From: Octopus vulgaris
Lineage: Eukaryota
Assembly: GCA_951406725.2 (NCBI GenBank)
Contig: OX597820.1
Location: 120,900,001 to 120,964,000 of the forward strand
Direction of reading: 5' to 3'
Length of the DNA stretch: 64,000 nucleotides
Part shown: positions 1 to 12,459 of the stretch, one piece after another
Layout of the letters: each line of letters starts with the position of its first letter
Numbering within the stretch: position 1 is the stretch's first letter
Notes under the pieces: model-generated
What the model was told of the DNA's origin: nothing
The model's input: only the letters and a program-made list of their open reading frames with translations
Databases searched by the model: none
Translations under genes and position numbers: made by a program

Positions 1-437
<437 letters not shown>

Positions 438-506
438 GAACCTTGTCATTAATTCAAGGAGAGAATTTCTAAAAAGTCCAGCTACATCCTAGAAATAGCA
501 GCAAAA

Positions 507-550
<44 letters not shown>

Positions 551-1048
551 AATCGCACAAGTCTGATCTGAATAATGAAAGAGGAAAGAAGAATTATTAC
601 ATAACTTTAAAATATTGGGTGGTTACGAATATATTAGGCATACATAAATTCTTTCCACCATTTCACGGAATACTCCGTGTCAGTAAGATCACTTTTATCG
701 TCCATTGTCGACATGATGATGATCATCATCATCATCGTCGTCATCATCGTCATGATTTTTTGTTGTCATTTTGGGTAGTGGTATGTCATTTTTAATATAA
801 GTGAACAACAGTAATTATACATATATCTACGAATATATATGCGTGTGTGTGTGTTTGTGTGCCTGTGTGTGTGTATGTGTGTGGAGGCAGTTATATGGAT
901 AAACAAATAAAATCTGTCAGTTTGGGTTTGATATCCAAAATATATGCAACTGTATACATGCAAACCGAAATAAAACAAAGAATGAAGATTTTTCAGATGA
1001 TTAATATTTAATCATCTGAAAATCATCTGATAATAGTTAATCATCTGC

Positions 1049-1400
1049 ATGGTGCCAAAGATTCCAACATCACCATCAAAATACAGGACCAGATGCTGCA
1101 ACAGAATGGGTTTCAGAGGACCACAGCTCTTTAACATCCTCCCTAAATGCCTGAGAGACTAGCATGGTGTGGATATGGGTTTCTTTAAAACCAAACCGGA
1201 TCTCTTCTTGTCGGGGGTCCCAGATGAACCTACCTCACGACAGGAGACACAGATGCGGGCAGCGGCATCGAACTCCCTTGTTGACCAACTGCCACGTATG
1301 AGAGGTGGATTCACATATTAGTGTAGCTCATTCAGCGGTGGTGCCCCAGCATAGCCGCAGCCTTAGGGCATAGACATTTTTAACGATTTAAGGATTTAAG
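1049..1400 (+). mobile_element. 5'-truncated CR1-like LINE 3' end (ORF2 C-terminus plus 3' UTR and tail)
   Basis: 1049-1321 translates as MVPKIPTSPSKYRTRCCNRMGFRGPQLFNILPKCLRD*HGVDMGFFKTKPDLFLSGVPDEPTSRQETQMRAAASNSLVDQLPRMRGGFTY*. This fits the CR1-group ORF2 terminus pattern GPxLFNxLP...FKxxLDxFLxxVPDEP...AASNSLxDQ. It ends in a short tandem tail (GATTTAAG)x2. Confidence 0.8.
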
Positions 1401-1748
1401 TATAAATACATAGATATTGATAGATTAATCGATCAAACTCAGAGTACAAACAACAGAGAAAATTAAAGAAATGCAAGTACGGTGTTATATGACCGACAGC
1501 TGTTTCTAGGAGCTCGGAGATCCATTATAATGCCAGTAGATGTAGTTCACCAAAATATGCAGACAGTAATGAAAACACTTGCACGTTAGATAAATCGAAC
1601 TTCCATCATCAGGATAGAAAAATTCTTACATTTCAAATTCTCTATAACCACTGACGATTTTGTGTAGGATCGAAACTTCAACTTCACTTCCATTTTTGCA
1701 GAGCGTCAAATTAATACCTCTTCTTTGCTTTTCATTCCCCTGTCTCTT

Positions 1749-1752
<4 letters not shown>

Positions 1753-1815
<63 letters not shown>

Positions 1816-1922
1816 TCCTCTCTCTCTCTCTCTCTTTCTTGTTAATGTACAGTTTTGATAAGTTTGTGTGTGCGCGTGTGTGTGTGTATGAGTGCGTGCG
1901 CATGCACACAGACACACACACG

Positions 1923-1994
<72 letters not shown>

Positions 1995-1995
1995 C
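1753..1995. repeat. (TC)n, (CA)n and (TA)n microsatellites
   Basis: Directly visible dinucleotide arrays. Confidence 0.95.
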
Positions 1996-1997
1996 AT

Positions 1998-2196
1998 ATC
2001 GCCATGTTGATTCGCTAGCTTCTGCACTCATTTTTTTCTCTCCGTGTTTCTTTTCTGTGTATATTTCTGTTGAAGAGCGTAGGCTTGAAACGTAAAAGAC
2101 TTGTTTTATTTATATTCCTGAGCACCATACTAATACAATTGTTTGTTTGTATTCCACCTGCCTTCGTCTTTTGTTTATTTTCATAAAGCTTCCCGT

Positions 2197-2200
<4 letters not shown>
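1998..2200 (+). mobile_element. Short TA-flanked repeat carrying a hammerhead-like motif (same family as 33922-34190)
   Basis: It is homologous to the reverse complement of about 33930-34115 and lies between (TA)n tracts. The motif at 2064-2098 reads ttt-CTGTTGA-agagcgtaggctt-GAAA-cg-TA-aaag. Confidence 0.65.
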
Positions 2201-2258
<58 letters not shown>

Positions 2259-2659
2259 CATATATATGTATATGCAGAGATTGTCATGAAGAGAGGAGAG
2301 TGAAATGTATATATGTGAGCTGAGATGTGTGCATACATGAAACAAGGAGGTATGTGTATATATTTGTACGTATGTACATATTTGTGTGAGTGTATGTGTG
2401 TGTGAGAGTGAGAGAGAGATGCTGTATTTATATATCGTCAGATCTTTCACTTTCGAAACAGAGCGGGGCATCAAATACCTGCATTTGAGTTGTTCGTGTC
2501 ATGTCCATCTTTTGCCGCCCATTTTTTCTTTTTCCTGTTTCTAGGGAGAATATTGGCTCCCTGTCTGCAAAACGAATCTGGAGAGAATATTATATGTTGT
2601 CACGTTGAGCAATTCAGTCAACTTTTTAGAAGTTGTATAAATTCGTAAATAAAGTAAAA

Positions 2660-2960
2660 TATACCTGTAGAAAATGTACTGTGATCAGAACAGTGGAAGG
2701 CCATGTGTTCCCTGTATCCAAAACGGATAATGTACGTCATATTAGCATTGAAACTATGAGATGTAGCATTATCCTTTGTAAAGTTGGCACCTATGATATT
2801 CTTGAGGAATATTTCTGGCAACAATGTAGTTGAACGATTTAACTTCTAAATTCAAAGTATTAATTGCCATCCAACAGAGCCAAATCTCTTAAATATTCCA
2901 GCACCAGATATGAAGTTTCCGTTTCACTCCACCAACAGCTCTCTTTTTGTTTGCCTTCAT
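2660..2960 (-). pseudogene. Possible heavily decayed Tc1-like transposase fragment
   Basis: The minus strand gives FTKDNATSH (compare FQQDNAxxH), followed across frameshifts by a WP...D stretch (compare WPxxSPDLN). The match is very degenerate. Confidence 0.25.
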
Positions 2961-3256
2961 TATCCCATCAATATATGCACAACCATACTTGCGCACATTT
3001 CAGACATGCTTAATTAACCGCGTTTTTACTTTGCATTTAAAAGGAATACGCTTTGCATCTTCTAATAATTTGAATTAATTTAAATAAACTAGAAATTATG
3101 CACATTGATGTAAAATGCTCCTGTAACCTGGCCTGATGGCAAAATATCTGCTTAACAACAGTTCTAAAGCATTAATTGGATTAGTACTCAAAAAATATTC
3201 ACAGGGGTGTTAAACATTTATGATATTACGAAATGCCCAAATGCGTGCATCCATTG

Positions 3257-3639
3257 ATACATACATATATACATACATACATACATACATACATAAATAC
3301 ATAAATACATATATACATACATACATACATACATAAATACATACATACATACAAACATACATACGTACATACATACATACATACATATATACATACATAC
3401 GTACGTACATACATACATATATATATATATATACATACATACATATATACATAATACATACATACGTACATACATACATATATACATACATACATACATA
3501 TATACATACATACGTACATATATACCTAATACATACATACGTACATAAATACATACCTATATATACATACATATATACATACATACATATATACATATAT
3601 ACATACATACATGCGTACATACATACATACATATATACA

Positions 3640-3701
<62 letters not shown>

Positions 3702-3715
3702 GTGTGTGTGTGTGT
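3257..3715. repeat. (TACA)n / (TA)n microsatellite
   Basis: Directly visible. Confidence 0.95.
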
Positions 3716-4134
3716 AAACCGTAAAATGTCAGGAAACACGAGGTGAATATATTTAGACAATATATTAGGATTAAGGCCTTTTAGCAGCCTTCATCGTACG
3801 ATAATAATTTCAGGGAATAATAAATTATGTTTACATGTCTGCGCTAATATGCATACTACTCATATTACAAATCAATTGTATATGTATAAAATTAAAATAT
3901 GTGCAGATAAAGAAAACATTGGGGTAACCTCGATGTTCTGGTAATCTGATGAGCGAGCCTTCTTTATCTGCGCTGATCCAGTAAGCATACAATTGTATTG
4001 TATAATGCACAACATTCATTACATAATGAACGATGCGAAGCAGCTAAAATGCTAAGGATGAGGACTGTTTAAATAAATATATTCGGCTCTTATACCGCCT
4101 GGTTTATATAATTTATATAGGCACAGGAGTGGCT

Positions 4135-4538
4135 ATAGGCGCAGGAGTGGCTGTGTGGTAAGTAGCTTGCTAACCAACCACATGGTTCCGGGTTCAGTCC
4201 CACTGCGTGGCACCTTGGGCAAGTGTCTTCTGCTATAGCCCCAGGCCGACCAATGTCTTGTGAGTGGATTTGGTAGACGGAAACTGAAAGAAGACTGTCG
4301 TATATATGTATATATATATAAGTGTGTGTGTATATGTTTGTGTGTCTGTGTTTGTCCCCCTAGCATTGCTTGACAACCGATGCTGGTGTGTTTACGTCCC
4401 CGTCACTTAGCGGTTCGGCAAAACAGACCGATAGAATAAGTACTGGGCTTACAAAGAATAAGTCCCGGGGTCGAATTGCTCGACTAAAAGCGGTGCTCCA
4501 GCATGGTCGCAGTCAAATGACTCAAGCAAGTAAAAGAG
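4135..4538 (+). mobile_element. tRNA-derived CORE-type SINE (family A), full length
   Basis: A box TGGCTGTGTGG, B box GGTTCAGTCCC, CORE-like CCTTGGGCAAGTGTCTT, internal (TA)/(TG) tract and tail AAGTAAAAGAG. More than 10 copies occur in the window. Confidence 0.9.
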
Positions 4539-4836
4539 TATATATATACTTACATACAGAGAGAAGGAGCGAGAGGGAGAAAGATAGAGAGTAGCAGATA
4601 GAAGCAGAGAGTAACTTGAGAATGATTTAGAAAAGCAAATAACATCTGCCAGACGAATAATCAGTGAACTGGATATAATTACATGTATTTGTTTGTTTAG
4701 CATTTTTTTTCTATTACGAAATTCCCTTTCGTCCTTATATAATATGAAATCGATGAATAACCCGCAGGTAACCACCTGCTTACCATCTCATCTGCGTAGA
4801 GTCCACAGGTAGCTTTTCGTTACCTTCTTTGCAATA

Positions 4837-5014
4837 TCTTTATATATAAAAGTCAAGTTGTGTGTCTGTCTCTTACGATTTAGATTCCTAACTACTCCCA
4901 CATCTTGCGGTGCAGTTTAACCAAAACCGGGTATCTTATAGTCGCGATTCATATCGAGCCCTTCTGGGTATTAGCGCGCGTCTACGATGAGTCTCCGATT
5001 TAAAAAAAATTACC
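4837..5014 (+). mobile_element. Non-autonomous Helitron, 5' part (3'-truncated)
   Basis: It begins A|TCTTTATATATAAA and closely matches the 5' halves of 28877-29272 and 45744-46046. Confidence 0.8.
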
Positions 5015-5360
5015 GTCACAGTGACAAGATAAAAAGCGGGAACAAACACCAGAAATTATTTTAAGCAACATTTTGAAAATTTCTCCAATCCGTGATGTTG
5101 TTTGAAAACTGATATACTTCATTGACCGCGGAAGGATGATGGGCGAATTTGTCATCTGTAGTATTTTAAATTAGAACATAAGTCAGTAAAAATCCGCTGT
5201 ACATTTTATACGCTGCTTAATGAACCTAACACTTTTCAGTTCCCCTTTTATGATCTTTAATGTAAAATCCAATTAGAGTGTCAGTTATGTACCGAGCTAA
5301 TTTAATCATCTCCTTTCTCTGTTATGTAATGTTTGTGTGGAACCAAATATTCCAGCAATT

Positions 5361-5847
<487 letters not shown>

Positions 5848-6039
5848 TATCCCTAAAGCCTATAAATTTAAGGGGATTGACTGATGAAACTATGGAACAA
5901 AACCAATATTCACACTTCATTCCTAAAGTGAATCATATTTTTCTGCAAAGCTACTGGAAATTCAAACATTGTTATGCCCATGGATCTTATATACTCACAA
6001 GAACTGTAACGATTTAAAAAAAAAAAAAACATAACAAGT

Positions 6040-6373
6040 ATAGGCGCAGGAGTGGCTGTGTGGTAAAAAACTAGGTTTCCAGGCACATGGTTCTGGGTTC
6101 AGTCCCACTGCGTGGCACCTTGGGCAAATGTCTTCTACTATAGCCTGAGACCGACCAAAGCCTTGTGAGTGGATTTAGTGGATGGAAACTGAAAGAAGCC
6201 CGTCGTATGTATATGTGTGTTGGTGTTTTTACGTCCCCGTAACGTAGCGTTTCGGCAAGAGAGATCCGATAGAATAAGTTACTAGGCTTACAAAGAATAA
6301 GTCCTAGGTTCGATTTGTTCGAATAAAGGCGGTGCTCCAGCATGGCCGCAGTCAAATGACTGAAACAAGTAAA
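6040..6373 (+). mobile_element. SINE family A, internally deleted
   Basis: Same head, core and tail as family A. It lacks most of the internal microsatellite and adjacent bases. Confidence 0.88.
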
Positions 6374-6533
6374 TAAAAATTAAATAAAAAAGTAAATAGG
6401 ATGCACAAAGAGAAAAAAAAAAAACTATTGGGAGATAATTGAAAGGTTTACTGGGTAATGTGAGAGAAAAGATGGATTGTATTGATTTCTAAAGCTGTTT
6501 GATTGGATGCTGTATTCGTGTCTATAAATGTCT

Positions 6534-6894
6534 ATAAGCGCAGGTGTGGCTGTGTGGTAAGACATCTGCTCCTGACCATAAAGTTCTCGGGTCCATCCCA
6601 CAGTGTTTCGGCTTGAGCAAGTGTCTTCTACTTCAGTCTCTGGTTGACCAAAACACTTGTAAGCTGATTTGGTAGACGGAAACTGAATGAAGCGCGAATT
6701 ATACATATATATATATATATATAGGCGCAGGAGTGACTGTGTGGTAAGTAGCTTGTTTACCAACCACATGGTTCCGGGTTCAGTCCCACTGCGTGACACC
6801 TTGGGCAAGTGTCTTCTACTATAGCCTCGTGCCGACCAAAGCCTTGTGAGTGGATTTGGTAGACGGAAACTGAAAGAAGCCCGTCGTATATATG

Positions 6895-6951
<57 letters not shown>

Positions 6952-7397
6952 CATGTATGTTTGTATGTCTGTGTTTGTCCCCCCAACATCGCTTGACAAC
7001 CGAAGCTGGTGTGTCTATGTCCCCGTCACTTAGCGGTTCGGCATAGAGACCGATAGAATAAGTACTGGGCTTACAAAGAATAATTCCCGGGGTCGAGTTG
7101 CTCGATAAAAGGCGGTGCTCCAGCATGGCCGCAGTCAAATGACTGAAACAAGTAAAAGAGAGTAAAAGAGTAAAGAGTATATATATATGTGTGTGTGTGT
7201 GTGTTTGTTTGTCTTTGTTCCTCATCACCAGTTGACATTTGGTGTTGGTGTGTTAACGCGAGCGTAACTAAGTGGCTCTGCCAAAAAGACCAACAGAATA
7301 AGACCAGGCTTCAAATAAATATGACCTGGGTTCGATTCGCCGACTAAAATTCTTCAAGTCGGTGCCCCAGCGTGGCCGCAGTCTTGATGACTGAAAT
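6534..7397 (+). mobile_element. Older diverged SINE family A copy split by a younger copy
   Basis: A diverged head and core at 6534-6697 and a diverged 3' half at about 7190-7397 flank the younger copy at 6721-7178. Confidence 0.75.
6721..7178 (+). mobile_element. SINE family A, full length (nested)
   Basis: Near-consensus copy ending in repeated GTAAAAGA-type units. Confidence 0.9.
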
Positions 7398-8706
7398 TAA
7401 TATAAATTTGGACGGTGCACACCCTCGCCAGATTCCTTCCATTTCGGAGCTTACCATTCAAAATTAGCATTAGAACATCTTTAAAATAATGATTTTCTAA
7501 AACCAATGTCAGAATATTGTTTATATTCTGGCAGGAATAATATAAAAAATTAATGCGAAGTAATTGCTCAATTTTTCAAGAATGATTTAAATTATCAGAA
7601 AAATTAATAACACATCACTGATTTATGTGTTGCGTGTAACAAAGGACTTTCTTTAACTACAAAAGGTTAACATATTGGTGGTTTATAACTAGTTCTTGAG
7701 ACATTTCCACACATCAAAACACGCTAATTTAATAAATCGATTTAGATTTAGTTATTTTTGGCTTTCACTAACATTTGTATTTAACGGTCAACATATTCCT
7801 GCAACATGATTTCTTGGCCTTCTGCCATAATGTCATGAAATATTAATTTCTAGTATACGTAAAATGCCTATTGAGTTAAGTCGAATATACATAACGCAAC
7901 ACATGAATGGTTCAATACCTTGTCGACTGCGAAAAGACGAGGAGCAAAACTGACATTTGGGGATTTCATTTCAAAATAATATTTATTCTGTCTTTTTGGA
8001 AAATAAGGAAGGGGTGGTATTTCTTTACACACACTATCTATTGCCATTAGTTTTCGTATAATAAAACCATATTTCGTGCATCGATGGAGACGGTACCAAT
8101 ATCGTAGCAGACATCTTAAAAAGAAAATGTCGGGTATTCAGAGAATAGTGATGATTAAAATGTTTACATACAACCGTTGTTGACGTGCTTGATTGTAAGA
8201 CCGAAGACATACTTGAAGAAAGCATATATTGAGAGTTGAAGTTGACAGATAGGAGTTACACACACGTCAATAAAACACCACTCCGCCTCACAAACAAACA
8301 CACACACACGCACGCGCGCGCACACATAATCCATGATAAGCACGGAGCAAAAGGTTAGTCTGGTCTAACGAAGGACTTATTTAATATACTCACCTGAAGA
8401 AACCCATTTTTACGCCTTTGATGGATGGCAGTTACAACGCAATGTCAGTTACATCATCTCACCAATGTACTAAGGGTATGTGTGGAAACAATTGTAGCGA
8501 CATGGAAAAAAAGAATCTCATTCCCTCCGTTTTCTCTTTTTGATCTCTGTCTATAAATTCTATGGCTTCTAATGGAATTCCAGATAACAGGAGTAGTCTC
8601 AATCTTTAACGACATTCAGTAACCAATAACTTTGGACAAGCTTTCTATAGCATACCACAAGGTTTTTGCCCAAATTGTCTTCAACGATATGTGTGTATGC
8701 GTGCGT

Positions 8707-8754
<48 letters not shown>

Positions 8755-8953
8755 GCGGCTAAGCGCTATATAAAATATAAAGGAAAATATTAATCGTCAC
8801 CATTAATGACTTTTAAATATAATATATACGTGTGTGTGTGTGTATGTATGTATATAAAGTATTCTATAATTATATATATAATTATAATCAGGGTCATAAT
8901 ATTTATGGTAGATTTTTATGTATATATATATACTGTATGTATATATATATATA

Positions 8954-9565
8954 CGCCATAACATATCTTTATTATTATATTATTGTCACAGTGCTTTCTG
9001 CACATGCGTGCTTACAGTTGGTATTGTTGTGGTCACGTGATCGAAATTTAATCCTGATCACGCCATTACTCTTTCTGGCTTTACAGTGTAAGCATGGCCG
9101 CTCCACTAGCAACGTGCACCGAGGAAGAACGAAGAGCAGTGGATGCGATTGCTCTGGTCGGAAGGTGTGTCAGATGGTGAATGTCATCGGAGGCTTTTAT
9201 CACAATACGGAGACAGTGCTCTACCATGTAGAAGTGTGTAAGAGTGGATCATAAAGTTTGAAAGAGGCCAGACAAGCCTGACGCGCGAAGATGGTGCAGG
9301 ATGCCCGTCAAGCTCCACCACTGACGAGAGAGATGGTAATGGTGAATCGGTTCACCATTACCATTTCTCCGACCACTGCTTTTTGTTTTTTGGGCTTTTT
9401 TTTTTGGTGCACGGTGCTGGTGGAACGGCCATGCTTACACTGTAAAGCCCGAAATATAAAATGGCAAGATCAGGCTCAAACTTCGATCAAGTGACCACAA
9501 TAGTACCAAGTATAAGCACCAATGTGTAGAAGTTCGAGTGACAATAATAACGATATTTTATGGCA
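8954..9565 (+). mobile_element. Mariner-derived fold-back element with ~190-bp inverted arms
   Basis: About 8955-9142 is the imperfect reverse complement of about 9373-9564. From the ATG at 9094, across frameshifts, it reads MAAPLATCTEEERRAV/RLLWSEGVS/HRRLLSQYGDSALPCRSV*EWIIKFERGQTSLTREDGAGCPSSSTTDE, a mariner transposase N-terminal HTH region. Confidence 0.8.
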
Positions 9566-9700
9566 TACATACATACATACATACATACATACATACATAC
9601 ATACATACATACGTACGTACGTACTTCACCCACATATATATAGTTAAAAAAAGATTAGAGATCTATAGAAATCAAATTTTTATATATAAAAGATGAAGGT

Positions 9701-9828
9701 GGAAATAGCGCAGAAGCTTAAGACATTTCAATTTTAGAGGGAATTTAGTGAAAAAAATTTCTTTAATGATGAAATAGTGATCAAATACCTCTTTAAACTG
9801 AAATGTCTTATACTTCTGTGCTATTTCT
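9701..9828. repeat. Imperfect palindrome (MITE-like hairpin)
   Basis: GAAATAGCGCAGAAGCTTAAGACATTTCAATTTTAGAGG pairs with CCTCTTTAAACTGAAATGTCTTATACTTCTGTGCTATTTC. Confidence 0.75.
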
Positions 9829-9870
9829 ATTTTATATGTAAAGAATCAATTTGCATATACCTCTAATCTA

Positions 9871-9905
<35 letters not shown>

Positions 9906-10084
9906 TTTATTGAAATAAAGCATATTACAACTACCCCTCGGTATTTGAGTACTCGGAGAGTTTTTTCCACCTTGTTTCACATTTATGTGTTTACTCCGGT
10001 TATATTTGTTATATATATTTTTATATATATATATATATATATATGATACATATTTATATATACCTATGTTACACACACACACAC

Positions 10085-10135
<51 letters not shown>

Positions 10136-10139
10136 TTTG

Positions 10140-10375
10140 CGTGCTTCTTTGTTTGTACTGGTCCCCCACCACCACTTCAGTATCGATTTTGCGTTGCCTA
10201 CGCTCCCCACTTCGTAACTTAGCCTTTCGAGAAAAGAGGTCGATAGAATAAAATGAAGGGTTAAAAACAAAAAAAACAAAAAGAGTCCAATAAATACTGG
10301 GATTCATTTGTTCGACTAAACCCTGAAAGGAAGTGCACCACCACGGACGCTGTTCAATAAATAAAACCAGTAAAA
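10140..10375 (+). mobile_element. Degenerate 3' half of SINE family A
   Basis: Recognisable GTAACTTAGC...CGATAGAATAA...TCGACTAAA segments. Confidence 0.6.
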
Positions 10376-10481
10376 TTTGATCGATGAAACACACACAAAA
10401 GCATATACACATAAGCCTATGTGTGTGATTGTGTGTGTGTGTGAACGTATAACGACAAGGAAATTTCAAATGCAAAAAGAT

Positions 10482-10926
10482 GGATCTTTTCGGTTTGAAC
10501 GGCAGTTTTTAATATAATTTCTAGGTAACTAAATAATTTAAACTTCGTATACTGGTAGAATGTGTTTATAAAACATCTTTTTCTTTTGGAATTATTGAGA
10601 AAATTCTATAGTTTGTAAGATATTTGTTGTTTTTTTTCCTTCAAATTCTGCAATTTCAACCAATCAGTGACGTCTATTGAGTTAAAAAGTATTCTGTGCC
10701 GTATGAATATGTCCCTCGTTTAAGAAACAAAATGGGTTTATTTACATTTGTGAAGACAAAATAGATACCCTTCCCCCACCCCTTACCCTAACCCTAACAG
10801 TAACTAACTCTAACTAACCCTAACTAACCCTTGAAATGCAATAGATCGATTCTGGGGTCATGATTATGGGTGACAATTTCATATGACACTGCCAGAAAAA
10901 AACTGCCGTTCAAACCGAAAAGATCC
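10482..10926. mobile_element. MITE with ~29-bp perfect TIRs and 8-bp TSD (Merlin-like)
   Basis: TIR GGATCTTTTCGGTTTGAACGGCAGTTTTT at both ends. TSD AAAAAGAT at 10474-10481 and 10927-10934. Internal CCCTAA-like repeats at about 10780-10831. Confidence 0.9.
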
Positions 10927-11482
10927 AAAAAGATAAATATCACAAGAAAAAAATTAGTATTCTCAGAAAAGAAAACGAAATAAAAAAAAAAATAAACATT
11001 ATTGTTATAATTGAGATTTTTTTTTTAAATTTCAGGTTTGGTGCCCCTTCAACAATAACCCACTTCATATGGTGAAGCATCGTATCATTTTAAGTGAAGT
11101 GTAGCACTAAGAATCCTCTGCCATATGGTAGATAATAGTTTAAAGTTGCCTTTCAGTTCCCATTAAATTTTTAAAATGACGTTGCTAGATTCTGTAATGA
11201 AAAGCAGGATTTGGCCAACGTATTTGGCGAATTGACAATTTTACTTGACTGGAATGGCGTCAAATCAATTTGAATGACACCATCAAACTCGATGCTTCTA
11301 TGTTATATTTGGTTCTTTGCCCTCCTTACAGAACACTGTACTTGATACCTGACGCGAAATTACGTCTAAAACACTCTACACACATACACGTGTGTATACA
11401 TGTGAACGTGCATATATGTGTGTGCATGTAAAATACACACACACACATGCGTATATATATATACATATATCTATATATATAT

Positions 11483-11552
<70 letters not shown>

Positions 11553-11577
11553 GTGTGTGTGTATATATATATATATG

Positions 11578-11619
<42 letters not shown>

Positions 11620-12153
11620 ATACGTGCACGCGCACGCACACATAATAATATATAATAAATGAAACACGGGCACAATTTAACATTGTATTATTAACACTCT
11701 TCGTGAGACTTGCTTTTCTATCGCCGTCTCCTTATTCTCTTCTTATTTTTTCTTTCGCTCATTGCATCTTACAACCTTCTTTCTCATTTGTTTTATCACT
11801 TTTGAATGAAGATCAGTGTGCTTAGTTGTATGTGCTTGTATGTGTACATGTGTTGTTTTTATTGGTAATGTTAGCAGTGATACAGGTATTGTACACATTA
11901 TAACCGACGGTGTGCTCAAAACAGCAAATCCAGCAGTCATCGACGCGCCAGGATTGTTCATAAGCTTGGTCAGTCTTATGTGGTACCTGTCCATTTCAGT
12001 CGATCCAGTCAACTCTTTTAAATCATCGGTAAACTGGGACATAGAAATGCAGAGGTTTATGGCCACCAATCGTAGCCTTTCCCTAGCGGGCACCCCGTCC
12101 GTCAGGTTTATTGTCTTTATCTCGGCAAGGTCGAGCAGAGATGGTGAACCCTT

Positions 12154-12459
12154 TTGTTGTTTGCTCCTTCACGAGCCACGCCTGGCTCATAGGGCCGGTT
12201 TCCAGGTTTCCTTGGCGTATAGGTTCCTCCACCCTGGACGAGACGCCGGTCCGTCGCAGGCGAGCTGCAAGATGCAGGAGGAAATAATGAGAGAAGGTTG
12301 TGGCGAAAGAGTCAGCAGAAGTTCATTACTTTCTGCCGGAGCCGCTTGAAGTTTAGGTGTTTCGCTTATAAACACACACACCACCCAGTCTGAGATTCCA
12401 ACCCGCGATCCCTCGACCGCGAGTCCGCTGCTCTAACCACTAGGCCATGTGCCTCCACA
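12154..12459 (-). mobile_element. tRNA-derived SINE (head C + tail 3) with 13-bp TSD
   Basis: Minus-strand head TGGAGGCACATGGCCTAGTGGTTAGAGCAGCGGACTC. TSD ATGGTGAACCCTT at 12141-12153 and 12460-12472. Same type as 63770-64000. Confidence 0.88.

Noticed and set aside
1490-1545. Minus-strand GAAA-CAGCTG-TC resembling the 17.9-kb hammerhead
   Set aside because: No recognisable CUGANGA upstream and no stem I.
1645-1690. CTGACGA...GAAAC hammerhead candidate
   Set aside because: No stem III/UH and no stem I partner downstream.
3940-3985. CTGATGA-GCG...CGC hammerhead candidate
   Set aside because: GAAA and stem III are absent.
6425-7228. 267-aa minus-strand ORF and similar recurring peptides (RRASFSFRLPNPLTR...)
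   Set aside because: These are antisense read-throughs of SINE family A. They recur because the SINE recurs.
8455-8505. GAAA-CAATTG-TA palindromic stem III-like motif
   Set aside because: The core and stem II are too degenerate to support.
10780-10831. True telomere or chromosome-fusion scar
   Set aside because: It consists of only a few degenerate units, located inside a TIR/TSD-bounded MITE.
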